A DNA stretch of 64,000 nucleotides. It comes from Chrysemys picta bellii (Eukaryota). The stretch covers positions 41,850,001 through 41,914,000 of the forward strand of contig NC_088802.1 of the NCBI RefSeq assembly GCF_011386835.1, written 5' to 3'. The notes under the pieces are model-generated. The model ran no database searches, was not told where the DNA came from, and saw only the letters and a list, made by a program, of their open reading frames with translations. Position 1 is the stretch's first letter, and each line of letters begins with the position of its first letter. The translations under genes and the position numbers were made by a program. Shown piece after piece: positions 50,576 through 62,728 of the stretch.

Positions 50576-52325
50576 AATGTCTGCAAAGTGCCATCAGAGC
50601 CTTGGATGGAAAATGCTAGAGAAGTATAAAATATTAAAATTTCTACCTGCCTCCCTGTGCCTATGACACTTGCTATTGTAACCTACCTTTAAAAGTTGTA
50701 TCTAAGCTACGGGGCCCTTTAAGTAGCCCGACAGTGGTGACTGTTTTGAACCAGACTGCATGATCAGAGCTACTGAGCCCTGATCTGACCACAGCATCCC
50801 AGGCAGTGACGTTTTCAACATATCAATTCTATCTTTGTTCAACACGCCCTGCAAACAAAATCGTTACTCTTGCGCAACGGGTGCCCCTGGCCAAACGATA
50901 CCGAGGAACAGATTCTCATTCAGAACCATTTTCTCTGTTTACTTCCTCCTGTTTCCCAACGCTGCCGCTTCGGCTATGCGTGCGCACGGTCACCTGTCTC
51001 GCTGCTCTGCAAGTGACACTGGAAAGCTCTGCTCCCTGCACCGCAATCAAGCAACCACAGAGGCCCCACAGTATTATTATTCAGCTTAATTGGACTAGTC
51101 TGCCCCGACTCCTGCAATAACAAGGAGGGCTGCTCTTTCCCTCTCCCCCTCATGCTGCCTGATAATAAGGAGGCTTCCCCGATGACTTGGCATTCTGCTG
51201 AAGCCCCCTTGCTGACATCCCCTGGCCAATTCTGAATCAATGTGTCTCCTACTTTCATTCACTCTGCAGAAAGGTTCCTCTCAAGTCAGTATCAGTTGCT
51301 CTACCGGACTGGAAGAGATGCCTGGGGGAGTCCTGCCCCCTGCAAAACTGCAGGACAGTTTTCATGGAGACAAAAGTAGTCTAAATACCGCAGCTCGTTA
51401 CTGAGAAAATCCTTGGTGGAAAAAAGTCATTAGGATGCAATTGATCAATCTTGCACTGAAGATGGGAGTGGGTTCTAAGGATGTTCCCAAACTAGAATGC
51501 CACAGCTGTTTGACCCACAGAGGGACTGGAAATCGTTCCAGAGGAGGCACTGGTACTTCCTGCTTCCCACTGGTGGCCCAGGGTACCTGTGTGGTCATGT
51601 AGGGTACTGCTCATACAGGGACCCCAAGTTCAGCCCCCAAACAGTTACCAGCTCCAGTAGAAGAGGCTGCCAACTCCCTCAGGCCTCTAAGTGGACCCAG
51701 GGGCTGTGCGGAAAGGCCATTGCCGGTTCATTGCCACACACTAATATGTGGATCAAGCCCCTTGACCTCTAGACCACTCTAGGGCATATCCTGCAATGCC
51801 CCCTCCGGTTATGGAAGATCTGTGGCTTCTCCATGACTCTTAGAGGGGCCAGCATGGGGGCACTCAATTTCCGCTGACTCTCCACCCCTGACCTCCCATT
51901 CCTACAAGCAACTGCAGTTTCGTTGCTGGGGCACCAGCAAGAATTTGGCCTTTATAGTGTTTCCTCCTCCTTTAAGATTCAAGAAACATGTAGGCCTTGC
52001 TCACTCCTCCCCCTCCCATTTCCCCAGAGTTACCGCCCTGCATGTCTCTCCTCTGGAGACAATGGATCCAAAACAGGCTCAGCCTCATAACTGTGTTCCT
52101 GGCCTTCCACCTCCTTCCCCTTGGCCAAGCAGGTAGAAGCTTGTGGTCAAGAAGTTTCCCTCTCTTGGGTGGTTTGGCAGGTTGGTCCACGCAAGAGATT
52201 GGAGAACAAAGCTGAGGAGAGGCAGAGAAAAGGGGCTAGGGCACGGCAACAGGCGGCCTTTGCTCTTCTGCCTTTTTTGAATCCTTGCCTGCCAGTTGGA
52301 CTCAGCCCTGCCACTGGCTGGAGAA

Positions 52326-52675
52326 CAGCAGAAGCCAAATACTCAATGGGGCCTGGAGACTGAACACCCCTCTCAGACCAGGGGGTCCCCCAGGGTCAGG
52401 ACTGCGCAGGTGTTAAAGAAAGGGGGCGCAGTGGGAGAAGAGCTCCCATTCCTGGTCTGAAAGCCCTGGTTTGGGGGAGCGGTGCATCCCCACAGCTCCC
52501 CCTCCTCCTTGGCTGGTGCAGGGAGAGCTTCCCTGCTTGTCACTATTTCCTTTAAATAGGCCAGCATGGGGGAAGCTGGCACTGCTGCTGCCCTGCCCTG
52601 CCCTGCCTGTTTTGTGGAGAAAAGAGTTCCTTCTCCAGGTCTGTCCGGCAGGCCCCTTTCACCAGCACGAAATCC
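52326..52675 (+). repeat. LF-SINE-like 3' half, interrupted at ~52445-52560
   Basis: GGAGACTGAAC.CCCCTCTCA...CAGGGTCAGG and GGGGAAGCTGGCACTGCTGCTGCCC...CTGTTTTGTGGA...CCTTTCACCAGCAC match the remembered LF-SINE consensus. Confidence 0.6.
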
Positions 52676-55398
52676 AGACACAGCACTTAATCTGCCTGTA
52701 TGTGCTGGTTGCAACAGGGGTTATTGTCACTTTGCTGGGACCCTTATATTTAACCCCTTGAAATCTTTTCCTTGGAATTTCTTGCATAGTTTAGGCTGCC
52801 CCACCCAACATGCACCCAGGGGGTTCAGTCCTCATGGGCCCTGCAGTCCTTGCTCTCCCTGCTAAGTTGGACAACAATTGACAGTAGTTTGGTTTGTGGG
52901 GGGGGGGTCACCTCTGCACCAGGGAACAGGACTGAGACTCATTTCACATAGGCCACAGAACAGCCATCGAAGGTGACAGCTTTCAGTCATTACCAGTGTG
53001 GGACGGATTGAATCTGGAGGCCTGGAGATGAAATCCCCTAAGCGACCCAGTGCCCTGGGCCTTCATATTTTAATTTCAAATTTTTTAGAAATTACTGGTG
53101 TTTTTACTAACTCCTTAGCTGTTCCTTCAATGAAAGCATGTTTTACCAACACTCAGTGTTTGATCTGAAGTCTTATCTTTGATGTGGCGCTATATCTGTG
53201 ATTTGTGTTTGGACTGGTGATTTATCGATGATTTGTGATTATCTGGTCATTGTACGTTTATTGACTACGCTTGCCTGATTATGTGCCCAATTGATTATTG
53301 GCAGGTGCTTCCTAAGGGCTTTGTGAAAACAAGATCAGCTCAGAAGCTCCAAACCCTCCATCCCAAACTCTCCAACACAAATTCAATTCCTTCCTACAAG
53401 GAAAACAGCAAGCTTGCCTGGTAAGGAGGCCACGAGAAGGGGGCAGGGTCGGCTCCTGAGAAATGGCCTATGCCGCTCTCTCTGGCATCTGACCCCAGCT
53501 TCACCTCTTTCCCTTAATGGGCCAAGTAATTCCACAGGGAGTGAGCAGAGCCTTTTCACTGGTCTTTCAGGACAGACATAAAGCTCTGTTCAGAAGATCC
53601 TCAAACAAAAGGCTGATGTCAAGGGGGCCACAGTCTAGCCAGCACCTCTAGCATCCAAGTCCCTTAGTGGAGGGCAGGGGGAAGGCGGTGGGACAGTGGG
53701 AGGGGAGCAAACATACAGTAATATCATTGCATGGTGCAGAAAAAAGATGGAACTTCGAAAGCTCTCATCAGTAGCCCTTTCAGCTTGTGCTTTCCTTTGG
53801 ACGAGACTGGAAGCTTTGACATAAAGGATGCTGCTTATGCAGCCAGAGCGGCAGAAGGGCTGTTATCGACAGCAGCCATTTGGGGGGAAAAGGAACTGAT
53901 CTGACATCTCTGTGTTCCCATTAATGTCTCAAATATCTGTAGGACAAAGCTTGTCGCAGAAGCAATATGAGGTATCTGAAACCTGATGCGGGCACCAAAC
54001 CAACGCAGGGGGATCTGGAGAGAGGTTCTTCTCCATACACACATAGGCCAAAGTCTCCAAACTAGGAACCTCAGCAGAACCTGCACACTATGTCTGCATG
54101 GTCACAGCTGGGTAATTTCACAGGCAAAACACACTGTTGTACACATCCCATTCAGTGAAGCGGGTGCACAAACACAGCTGTCTGCAGCAAGATAAGGTGC
54201 TCTGTAATAGATGCTGAAGTTGTCGTTGAACAAAGACAGCCCCTGGTTTACTTTCAGCTCCATCCAAAACACCGGGGTGGGGAAATCAATGTTTGCCAAC
54301 TGAAGGAATAAGGCAAGGGGACTTTTCCCTTCTCCCTCAAGATTCTAAGAGGGTTTTACTAGCTGCAAATAAAATAAAAAAGCAAACAACCAAAAACGAC
54401 TGGATGGTGTCCTGATGAAAGGGCAACGCCCCATAAACGGCAACATTCTTGGTTGCTGGGAGCAGTATGAGGGCAGCAAGTGAGTCTGGTGCCAACAGTG
54501 TGGCATCATCTGTGCAAATAAATCTAACTCCCCTACCCAGCTCCCTGTGGAGCAGAGAAGATGGATGCTCATAGGGGCAAGGTGTCCTTTCTGCTTGGGA
54601 GGTAATGCTTTCTAATGGTTGGAGCTGGGAGGGGTCCTCATCTCTGCAATTGACTTGCTATGTGACCTTGGGCAAGTCACTTAATCTTTCTCTGGCTCTG
54701 TTTTTCCTTCAGGAAAATAGGGACAATAATTCCTACCCCCCCAGGGGCCTGACATACTCTGTGATTTATTTGTAAAGCATTTTGAGATGCTGTGAAGGGC
54801 AAAATATTATTTTTTATTTTATTGTATTACAATTTTGTATTGCCTAGAAGCCTCCCCTAGGTCATAGCCCCATTGTGCTAGGTGCTGTATAAACAAATAG
54901 TAAATTACAGTCCCTGCTCCAAATCTGATTTAATAACAGAAAACACCTCAGACTTCCTTCTAATCATTACAATACAGCTCCCTTCCCCAGTAATGGATTC
55001 AGGGAACTGGGCAGTCCATGATGTGCCGATTCATTTATCGGGGACCAAGGTGGGGAAATTCCCCTCTTTATGCTATGTTTCTAGCTGCCAATGACTTCTC
55101 AGCCAAGTAATGTAGTTCCCACTTCCCTGTATATTAGCATTATTGTTTGCTAAATAGCTTACGACATAATATTTACCTTGATCTGTGACATTAAGACTTT
55201 TCCCTCCATCCCCCAAAGGAATGTCTCAAATAAATTACAGTTGGCACATGCTGCACATGAGCGGTGAAGGGTGTTGGAGGATTGGCTTGGCTTGGACAAG
55301 TTGCCCAAAACAATATTCCCCCTATGGCTGCTCTGGCTAATAGCTGGAAATTCCTCTTTTGTTTCTTTGGTTCCAGGCTAGCCCTAGAGACTCTACTG

Positions 55399-56003
55399 TA
55401 GGGGTTCACAAACTTCATTGCGCCACGACCCCCTTCTGACAACAAAAATTACCACATGACCCCAGGAGCCAGGGGCCAAAGCCCGAGCCCCGCCACCCTA
55501 AAGGGGTGGGGGCAAAGCCAAAGCCTAAGGCTTCAGCCCCAGGCAGGGGGCCTGTAACCTGACCCCCACCACCCAGGGCTGAAGCACTCAGGCTTCGGCC
55601 CTGGCTGGTGGGGCCAGGGCCGGCTCCAGGTTTTCTGCCGCCCCAAGCGGCAAAAAAAAAAGCCACGGCAGCGTGATCGCGCCGCTCCACTCTTTGGTGG
55701 CAATTCGGCGGCAGGTCCTTCGCTCCGAGAGGGACTGAGGGACCCGTCACCGAATTGCCACCAAAGACCCGGACGTGCTGCCCCAATAGCAGCTGGAGTG
55801 CCGCCCCTTGGTATTGCCCGCCCCAAGCACCTGCTTCTTTAGCTGGTGCCTGGAGCCAGTCCTGGGTGGGGCTCAGGCTTTGGCCCGGGCAGTGAGTCTG
55901 GGACTCGGGTTTCGGCCTTGGCCCCAGCAAGTCTAATACCAGCCCCATTAAAATGGGGTTGCAACCCACTTTGGGGTCCCGACCCACAGTTTGAGAACCG
56001 CTG
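55399..56003. mobile_element. hAT MITE with a nested MITE at 55615-55864
   Basis: Outer TSD CTCTACTG is perfect, with termini TAGGGGTTCACAAAC / GTTTGAGAACCGCTG. Inner TIRs CAGGGCCGGCTCCAGG / CCTGGAGCCAGTCCTG with perfect TSD GGTGGGGC. Confidence 0.92.
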
Positions 56004-56575
56004 CTCTACTGTATAACTCCCCCTTTTTCTCCTCTACTAAGCAGCAAAAGGAGGAAAGCTGGTGCTTGGGGACATCTGGTGGATGTGCTGCATTTTACAC
56101 GTAGTTCTCAGACTTTAATGGTTCTGGGAATTCATTGCATGTGGCTGATCTTTTGTCCCATTGAAATTGCTCTTCTCATTATCACAGCGCCAGTATTTGA
56201 TGTGTGTTTCTTGTATGGCTTTCAGTTTGGAAGGCTCCGAAGGAATCAAGACCTGCTGCTAGAGGCCATGAGATGCTCTTGGGAGATGCTGTCTATCTGT
56301 CCTTGTATGTGTGCTTTCGCTAGGTTCTTTTGCACCCCTCCTCAGCATAGTATCTTATGAGCATCTCTGTATCAGGCAAGCCAGTCAGGGAGGAGAATTA
56401 TCAAGAGAAGGTGAGTGTGCTGATGCGAACTCCCAAAATGAAAGAGAATGTCTAGGGACTTACTCTCATCTCCATGTGGAGGGAGTACAGTGTGTAACCC
56501 CCATAAATTGGCATTGTGTGCCTCCGTGGCAGTAGCCAAGCCCTGAGGGGGAAATCCTGACCCCTGGCCTTTAGC

Positions 56576-56703
56576 TAAAGTGACCGTCCAGATGTCACAA
56601 TTTTATAGGGACAGTCCCGATTTTTGGGTCTTTTTCTTATACGCTCTCCTATTACCCACCACCCCTTGCCCTGATTTTTCACACTTGCTGTCTGGTCATC
56701 CTA
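56576..56703. mobile_element. hAT MITE, uninterrupted relative of the outer element at 50179
   Basis: Shared body CAGATGTC..ATTTTATAGGGACAGTCCCGATTTTTGGGTCTTTTTCTTATA. Perfect TSD CCTTTAGC. Confidence 0.88.
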
Positions 56704-57399
56704 CCTTTAGCTGACGATTTTGTAGCTGCAGTGCCACAGACAACTCACACACGGTGATATTAATAATACAGCTTTGCACTTTGACAGCGCTTTCCATCCA
56801 CGGTTTTCGGAGAATTAAAGAGTATTAATGAATCTTTGTGACGTGTCTGTGAGGGTGGTATTATACCCACTTTGCAATAGGGTAAACTGAAGAACAAAGC
56901 AAGAGGTTGGGTAAACAGAGCCAAAAGCAGATCAAGTGACTGCGCCCAAATAAGTAGCAGAACTAGAAAAAGAAACCAGGAGCCCTAACTCCCAGATCCC
57001 TGCTATAATCACTAGTCAACATTTCTCCTCCTTACTTTCAACTGGTATTTTAAAAGGGAAGGTTGCCTGATCCTAAAACATCTTAATAGTCACATAACTG
57101 CCCCCTGGAACTGCAGAGAATGTTAATTGTGTAACAGAAGGGGACACGATCTTTTAAAAATGGGCACTGGCTTTTGAGATCTATGCAGGATCTTTTGAGC
57201 CTAATCCCCCCACTCCATTACGGTGGAGAAACTGCACTGGGGTAGTTAAACTGGTGTAATGGAGTGGAGACTATAGGTGCAGGACAGTGATCTACCACAG
57301 CCAATCACGCTGTTAGCAGGAGGCGGAGTGATATGGTGCAGGGGGTCGGGATGTAATACGTACCTCCTCCTAATTCCTATCCCAGGCATTAGTGATAGC

Positions 57400-57960
57400 A
57401 AAAGAGACCCAACATGCCACTCCCAACATGGCGGTCTTTGAAAAGCCATTCCACTGCCTGCCACTCTTAATATGGCGCCTATTGGAGGAGCGCATGCGTA
57501 TTGCTGCTCGGGAGGAGCCACCCCGTAGGGTCCTCCAGCTGCGCATGCGTACTGATTCCCACCACTCTCAAGATGGCTGCCTGTGGAAGGGCGCCGGCGC
57601 ATCACCGTCTGCCACGCTCAACATGGCGGGTTGGCGCTGACGGCCGTGGGCGTGAGGCGGAAGTGGGGGGCGGGGAAGCTGATAGCGGCGGGCGCGGCAG
57701 TGTTCGGGGGTACTTGGCAGGCTGGTGCCCCTTGGCTGTTCCCAGCAGTCCCGCGGCAGCGCCGGCGCCAGGGCGGGGTAGGATGATCCCTCCGGAGGAG
57801 GCCTCCGTCCGCAGGAGGGAGATAGAGGACAAGCTCAAGCAGGTAGAGGCGGGCGCTGGGCTGGGCCCGTCCCGGGGAGTCCCGGGCACCCCCACCTCAC
57901 TCCCCGGCCAGCCCGCAGGGGTCCGGCTCTCTGTGGGCCGCCACACATCCCCCGGAGCCT
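57400..57960 (+). promoter_or_regulatory. EXOC7 CpG-island promoter: YY1 x4, NRF1 x2, ETS/GABP
   Basis: YY1-type AANATGGC cores within 57417-57434, 57461-57478, 57562-57579 and 57612-57629. GCGCATGCGT at 57490 and 57541. CGGAAGTG at 57658. High CpG density. Confidence 0.8.
57783..57842 (+). CDS. EXOC7: EXOC7 (Exo70) coding exon 1, MIPPEEASVRRREIEDKLKQ
   Basis: Near-identical to the remembered EXOC7 N-terminus (MIPPQEASARRREIEDKLKQ). Phase-0 donor GTAGAG at 57843. Confidence 0.95.
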
Positions 57961-58296
57961 CTGGAGCCCCCCGGACAGCTCCACCCCCTCCCTGAGACTC
58001 CCCCTGACATACCCCTCCCCGATCCTCCACCCCCCCAAACTCCTCGCCCCTGGACCGCTCCAACTCCCCAGAGACACCCCCTGAATAGCCCCCCATTGAA
58101 AGACTCCCTCCCTTAGAGCGTGACACACACACACCCCGTGCAGCTGCAGCAACCCACCCCCCTCCTCCCGGCACTGCCCCTCTCTCGGACAGCTCAACCC
58201 GCTGCGACTGACCTGCGCTAGGGAGACTCCCTGGGGAGCCCCCTGAGCCCTGCCCTGGACAGCTCCGCTCCCTAGGAACAGCCCTTCTCTCTAGAG

Positions 58297-58719
58297 CAGT
58301 GGTCCCCAATGCGGTGCCCGTGGGCGCCATGGCATTTATGTGCACCCGCCTAGTGCCCAGCCGGGGAGAGAAGCTGCAGCCCTGCGCCTACCGGGGACAG
58401 AGAACTCCGGGGCTGCAGGCTGCGGGCGCTGGTGTTCTCGGTCCCAAGCCGGCGCGGGGCTACGGCTTAAGCTGGAGAGAAGCCGCGGCCCCGCACCTAC
58501 TGGGGATAGAGTACTCTGGGGCGGCGGGCGCTGGTGTTCTCTGTCCTCGCGGCTTCTTTCTTCTCTCTGGATTCATATATTATGCAATATTAAATATGAT
58601 GTTTTTTCGTATTATTTAATGTACAAATACAAAATAAGCCTTGAAAAATTGTTGGTGCCCGCCGCACTCTTCTGAAAACATGAATGTGCTACAGGCCACA
58701 AAAAGGTTGGGGACCACTG
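58297..58719. mobile_element. hAT MITE in EXOC7 intron 1
   Basis: TIRs CAGTGGTCCCCAA / TTGGGGACCACTG. TSD poorly conserved (CTCTAGAG/TCCTGGAC). Confidence 0.75.
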
Positions 58720-59467
58720 TCCTGGACAATGACAATTGACAGTTCAGTTTCACTCTTGTTCCCCAGCCTTGTTTCAGGCACAACTTGCAGTGGTTTAATT
58801 AAGATCAGTTAAACCAGGGATAGTCAATAGGTGGGCCGGGGCCAAACCTGGACTGCCAGATGCTTTTGAAAGAACCACAAAATGTTGTTGTTTACTTTAT
58901 TATTATCATCATTATTGTTATTGTTTTCTTCCCTTGACAAAAAAAGAATGGTTTACCCTGGAGTTAAACCAGTTTAGTTAAACTGGTGCAAACCCCTGTG
59001 TGGGCAGAATTTTATCAGATTAAAAATGGTTTAATTTGTGTCTGTTGCCTAAATTTACAGGTGCAAACTAACTTGATAAGCCACATCTACACTGCAAACT
59101 TTGGTTGACACAAGTTACATCAGCTTAAAGCCACCACAGTTAGTATATCTTTTTTGTGCTGGTGTCATCACTGCACATACTCACCCAAGAGTGCTTGGCT
59201 CGATGCACAATGTGGTGCACCATGGACAGGCATCCCAATATGCAACTTGCCATCATCCAGCTTGTTGTCTTTTGTGAAATTGTGGCAATACGTGCTGGGG
59301 CAGAAATGAGTCATGCAGAGGTGGCTGGGAGCAAGGGGTCAAGTTTCCATCAAGCAACTTTCTCCAGCCCATAATGCCATCCATATCCCATAATTTTCAC
59401 GCTTTTTTTAAAAAAATCCCACAAACCCATGCGGCACTTCTCACTGTCCATCATCGCTGATGGAAGC

Positions 59468-60670
59468 ATGGAGCCCACGCAGCTCTGCGCTGTTGTCATG
59501 AGCTTGCAAACCCAGGATGAACGATCCTCCAGTATTTGCAGAGCTTCAGAGAGAACCACACCAACGGGGGGCATGACAGTTTGGTGGAAGACAAATTGCT
59601 GTGGAATAGATTGAACATTCATTCAGAGTTGTTAGCGGTGGTCACGAAGCAGCTGCAGACAATGGAGTGCCGCTTCTGAGCCTGAGAAACAAGCACTGAC
59701 TGGTGGGAGCTCATTGTAATGCAGGTTTGGGATGATGAGCAGTGGCTGGCTGCAGAACTTTCAGATCCAAAAGGCCACATTTCTGGATCCGTGTGCCGAG
59801 CTTACCCCTGCTCACCAGCGCAGGGACACTTGAATGAGAGCTACACTGACAGTGGAGAAGTGAGTGGTGATTGCTCTGTAGAAGCTTGCAACGCCGGATG
59901 GCTACCAGTCAGTGGGAAATTGTTTTGGATTTGGAAAAATCCGCAGCAGGGGCTGTTGTCATGCAACTGTGCACTGTCATTAACAGTCTCCTGCTACTCA
60001 ATGTGCAGGACATAGATGGATTTTCAGCCATGTGGTTCCTGGACAGCAGTGGGCAATAGACAGCATGCATGTCCCTATTTTGGCACCAGCTCACCTTGCC
60101 ACAGAGTAACTCAACTAAAGCATTATGCAAGCATTGGTTGATCATCAGGGACACTTCACCATCATCAGTGTTGGCTGGTCAGGGAAGGTGCTTGACGCTC
60201 GCATCTTTAAGAACACAGGACTGTTCAGAAAGCTGCAGGCAGGGACATTCTTTCCTGACTGGCAGATTACCATTGGCAATGTTGAAATGCCAATAGCGAT
60301 CTTGGGGTCGCAGCCTTCGCCTTGCTCCCCTGGCTCATGGAGCCACACACCAGCCACTTCGACAGCACCTGCAAAAGATTCAGCTACTGACACAGCAGGT
60401 GTAGAATGACTGTTAAATGTGCTTTTGGTAGATTGAAGGTATGCTGATGTTGTTTACTGACAAGATTGGATCTCAGTGAGAAAAATATCCCAGTGGTTGT
60501 ATCTGCATGTTTGTGGCCTGTTGTGTATAGCAAAGAGGGAAACGTTGCCACTGGGGTGGAGATAAACTCTGCATGCCACTGTAACCAAACACAACTGCAG
60601 TTAGAAAACCTATGCAGAGCTATGTGGGTGAGGGAGGCCTTGTAAAGAGCACTTTAACAGTCAGTAACAG
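59468..60670 (+). pseudogene. Harbinger DDE transposase (HARBI1-like), disrupted
   Basis: Segments MEPTQLCAVV, STDWWELIVMQVWDDEQW, GAIDSMHVPI, LVDHQGHFTIISVGWSGKVLDARIFKNTGLFRKLQAGTFFP, RMTVKCAFGRLK, spread across several frames with stops. Confidence 0.88.
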
Positions 60671-61075
60671 TAATGTGGTGTGGTGCCCTGTGCTAGTTTG
60701 TGGGGCCAGGAAGGGCCCCACAAGTAGGAATTGTGTGATGTTCGGTGTACAGCTATGAATATAACACTATCTGTTAATGCACCTATTAATTTTATGGTGC
60801 TTGCTGTACATTTATAATTATTACACTGTCATTGAATCTGTGAGTTGTGTCACCCTGTACTGTAAGAAGTAGTGGGTGCTTTCATTAGCGCTAGGCATTC
60901 TGTAGCAGATGTTGTGAATAGATTTTGATTGCATACCAAAATCAGTGCAGAAAAACAATATGCAATAAAAAACAAGTACAATAAATACTTCTAAAATAAA
61001 TTAATGGAACAGAATTTAACAAGGGGGAAAGAACATTCATGTCCATTTTGGCTACACAAACAGCAACCATGACTC

Positions 61076-62728
61076 TCACAGGTCAGTGTAGGTGAAGCTA
61101 TGGTTCTCCTTACTGTCCTCCGGTGTTGAGTGGTAGGGGTAGGGATAAGTCCCTGAAGTGGAATGTTGAGGGAGGTGTAGGGAGGTGCTAAAGTTGAGTT
61201 CCCTGTTGGTTGCAAAAGGAGGCAAGCCCTGTAGGTCCACCAGAGTCTGCAGCATTTGTGTTTGCTGCCGGAGAAGCCCCATTATTCCTGGTGCACCTGC
61301 CTCTCTAACTTCTGCACCTTTCTCCTGTCTGCTCTTTCCCTCTCCCGTACTGTCTGCAATAATCACCCTCCACACACTCTGTTCACAGTCCAATGCAGTC
61401 CTGGCTTGCAGGATCTCGCTAACATGTCCTTCCGTGTCCTCCTCTTTCTCCTTCTTATCATGGTCGGGTGTTCCCAAGTGTGGCCTTGGGGACCCCTCAA
61501 GGCCACAAAGGGAGCAGCTACACATAAAGCACACACAAGTATCATTTGTATTTATAATCACAAAGGAAAGTGAAAGTTAAGACTGAGAACTCCCTCCCTT
61601 TGCTCCCCCAAAATTTTAATCAAGACATGCTTATTGACACTTCGGCTTTGGAATGCTGCGGCCCAGTGCTGCTGTGTGGGGCCAGCCATTGTTCGGTTAC
61701 TCGAAGCACTAAAATTTCAGCCCGTTTCCCTGGGTGCGAGTGCAGGGCAATGGCACTGTTTTCAGGCGGTGGTTTTAGCTGCTATCTTGCTCCTGACGGT
61801 AGCAAAGGCACAGAGAGCTCAGCTGTCCCGAAGCTGCCCAGGCCCACATGACACTAGCCTGCAATGGTGCCTGCCGAAGTCACTGCGGACTAGCATGGGA
61901 AAGCGCCCTACCGCAGAGGAAAAAAGACGGCTGCCATCCCTAGAAACATTAGGAAGAGGATTGCAGAGAACCTCCATGAAAGTTTCATCAAGATGGCTCA
62001 GCAGGATTCAAGGGACATCCCTGTGTACATGAACAAACTGCTCCTCAGGCCCCCCGCTCCCAAACCAAGAGGGGAATGAAAAGCAAATAACAACTTGACC
62101 TCTATTGAACCGCTACCTCTTCTAGTATGAGTAAATTAATGGAAAGTTGCTACCTGTGTCCTGCTACATTGGGGTCAGGCACCATCTGTTCGTTGAAAGA
62201 TTGTAATGGGAAATACATTTACACACTGGAGGTTTCTTCCCCTGCATCAGGCTTGCCCATGCTTGGCTGCCAGGAGTGACTAGTCTACAGTGAAGTCTCG
62301 AATGGCTCCTGGCTTGCGGCATAGCAGGACCACCAGGTCACATGTCCCCCATCCTCTTCCTCCTCCTCTTTGCCGGTCATGGTAGGGGTTTGTGCCTCAA
62401 GCTCCACTGAGGTATCCATGGTGCTCTGCAAGGTGCTGATGGGTCTCTGCCAAGTATGGCTGCAGCTCATTGTAAAAGCGGCAGGTGTGCAGCTTGGCAC
62501 CAGATCCACTGTTGGCCTTCTTGGCCACTTTGTATGCCTGCTTCAGTTCCTTTGTTTTCATGCAGCACAGCTGCTGATCCCTGTCATACCCCTTCGCCTG
62601 CATCCCCAGTGTCCACGTTTCTACGGCTGCTCCAAAGCCTTCACAGCCTCTTCTCCTCACCGGCCCAGGAGATCCAGGACATCCTGTCTGCTCCAGGCAG
62701 GAGTGTGTCAAGCGTGTGTAGCCAGCAT
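61076..62728 (-). pseudogene. Harbinger Myb/SANT-like DNA-binding protein, disrupted
   Basis: PAWSRQDVLDLLG, MQAKGYDRDQQLCCMKTKELKQAY..TCRFYNEL, and C-terminal EILQA..GLLRQQTQMLQTLVDLQ. Frameshifts and stops present. Confidence 0.85.

Noticed and set aside
57246-58345. Several 100-250 aa ORFs over the EXOC7 promoter
   Set aside because: CpG-island artefacts. Only the 20-codon EXOC7 exon 1 is supported.
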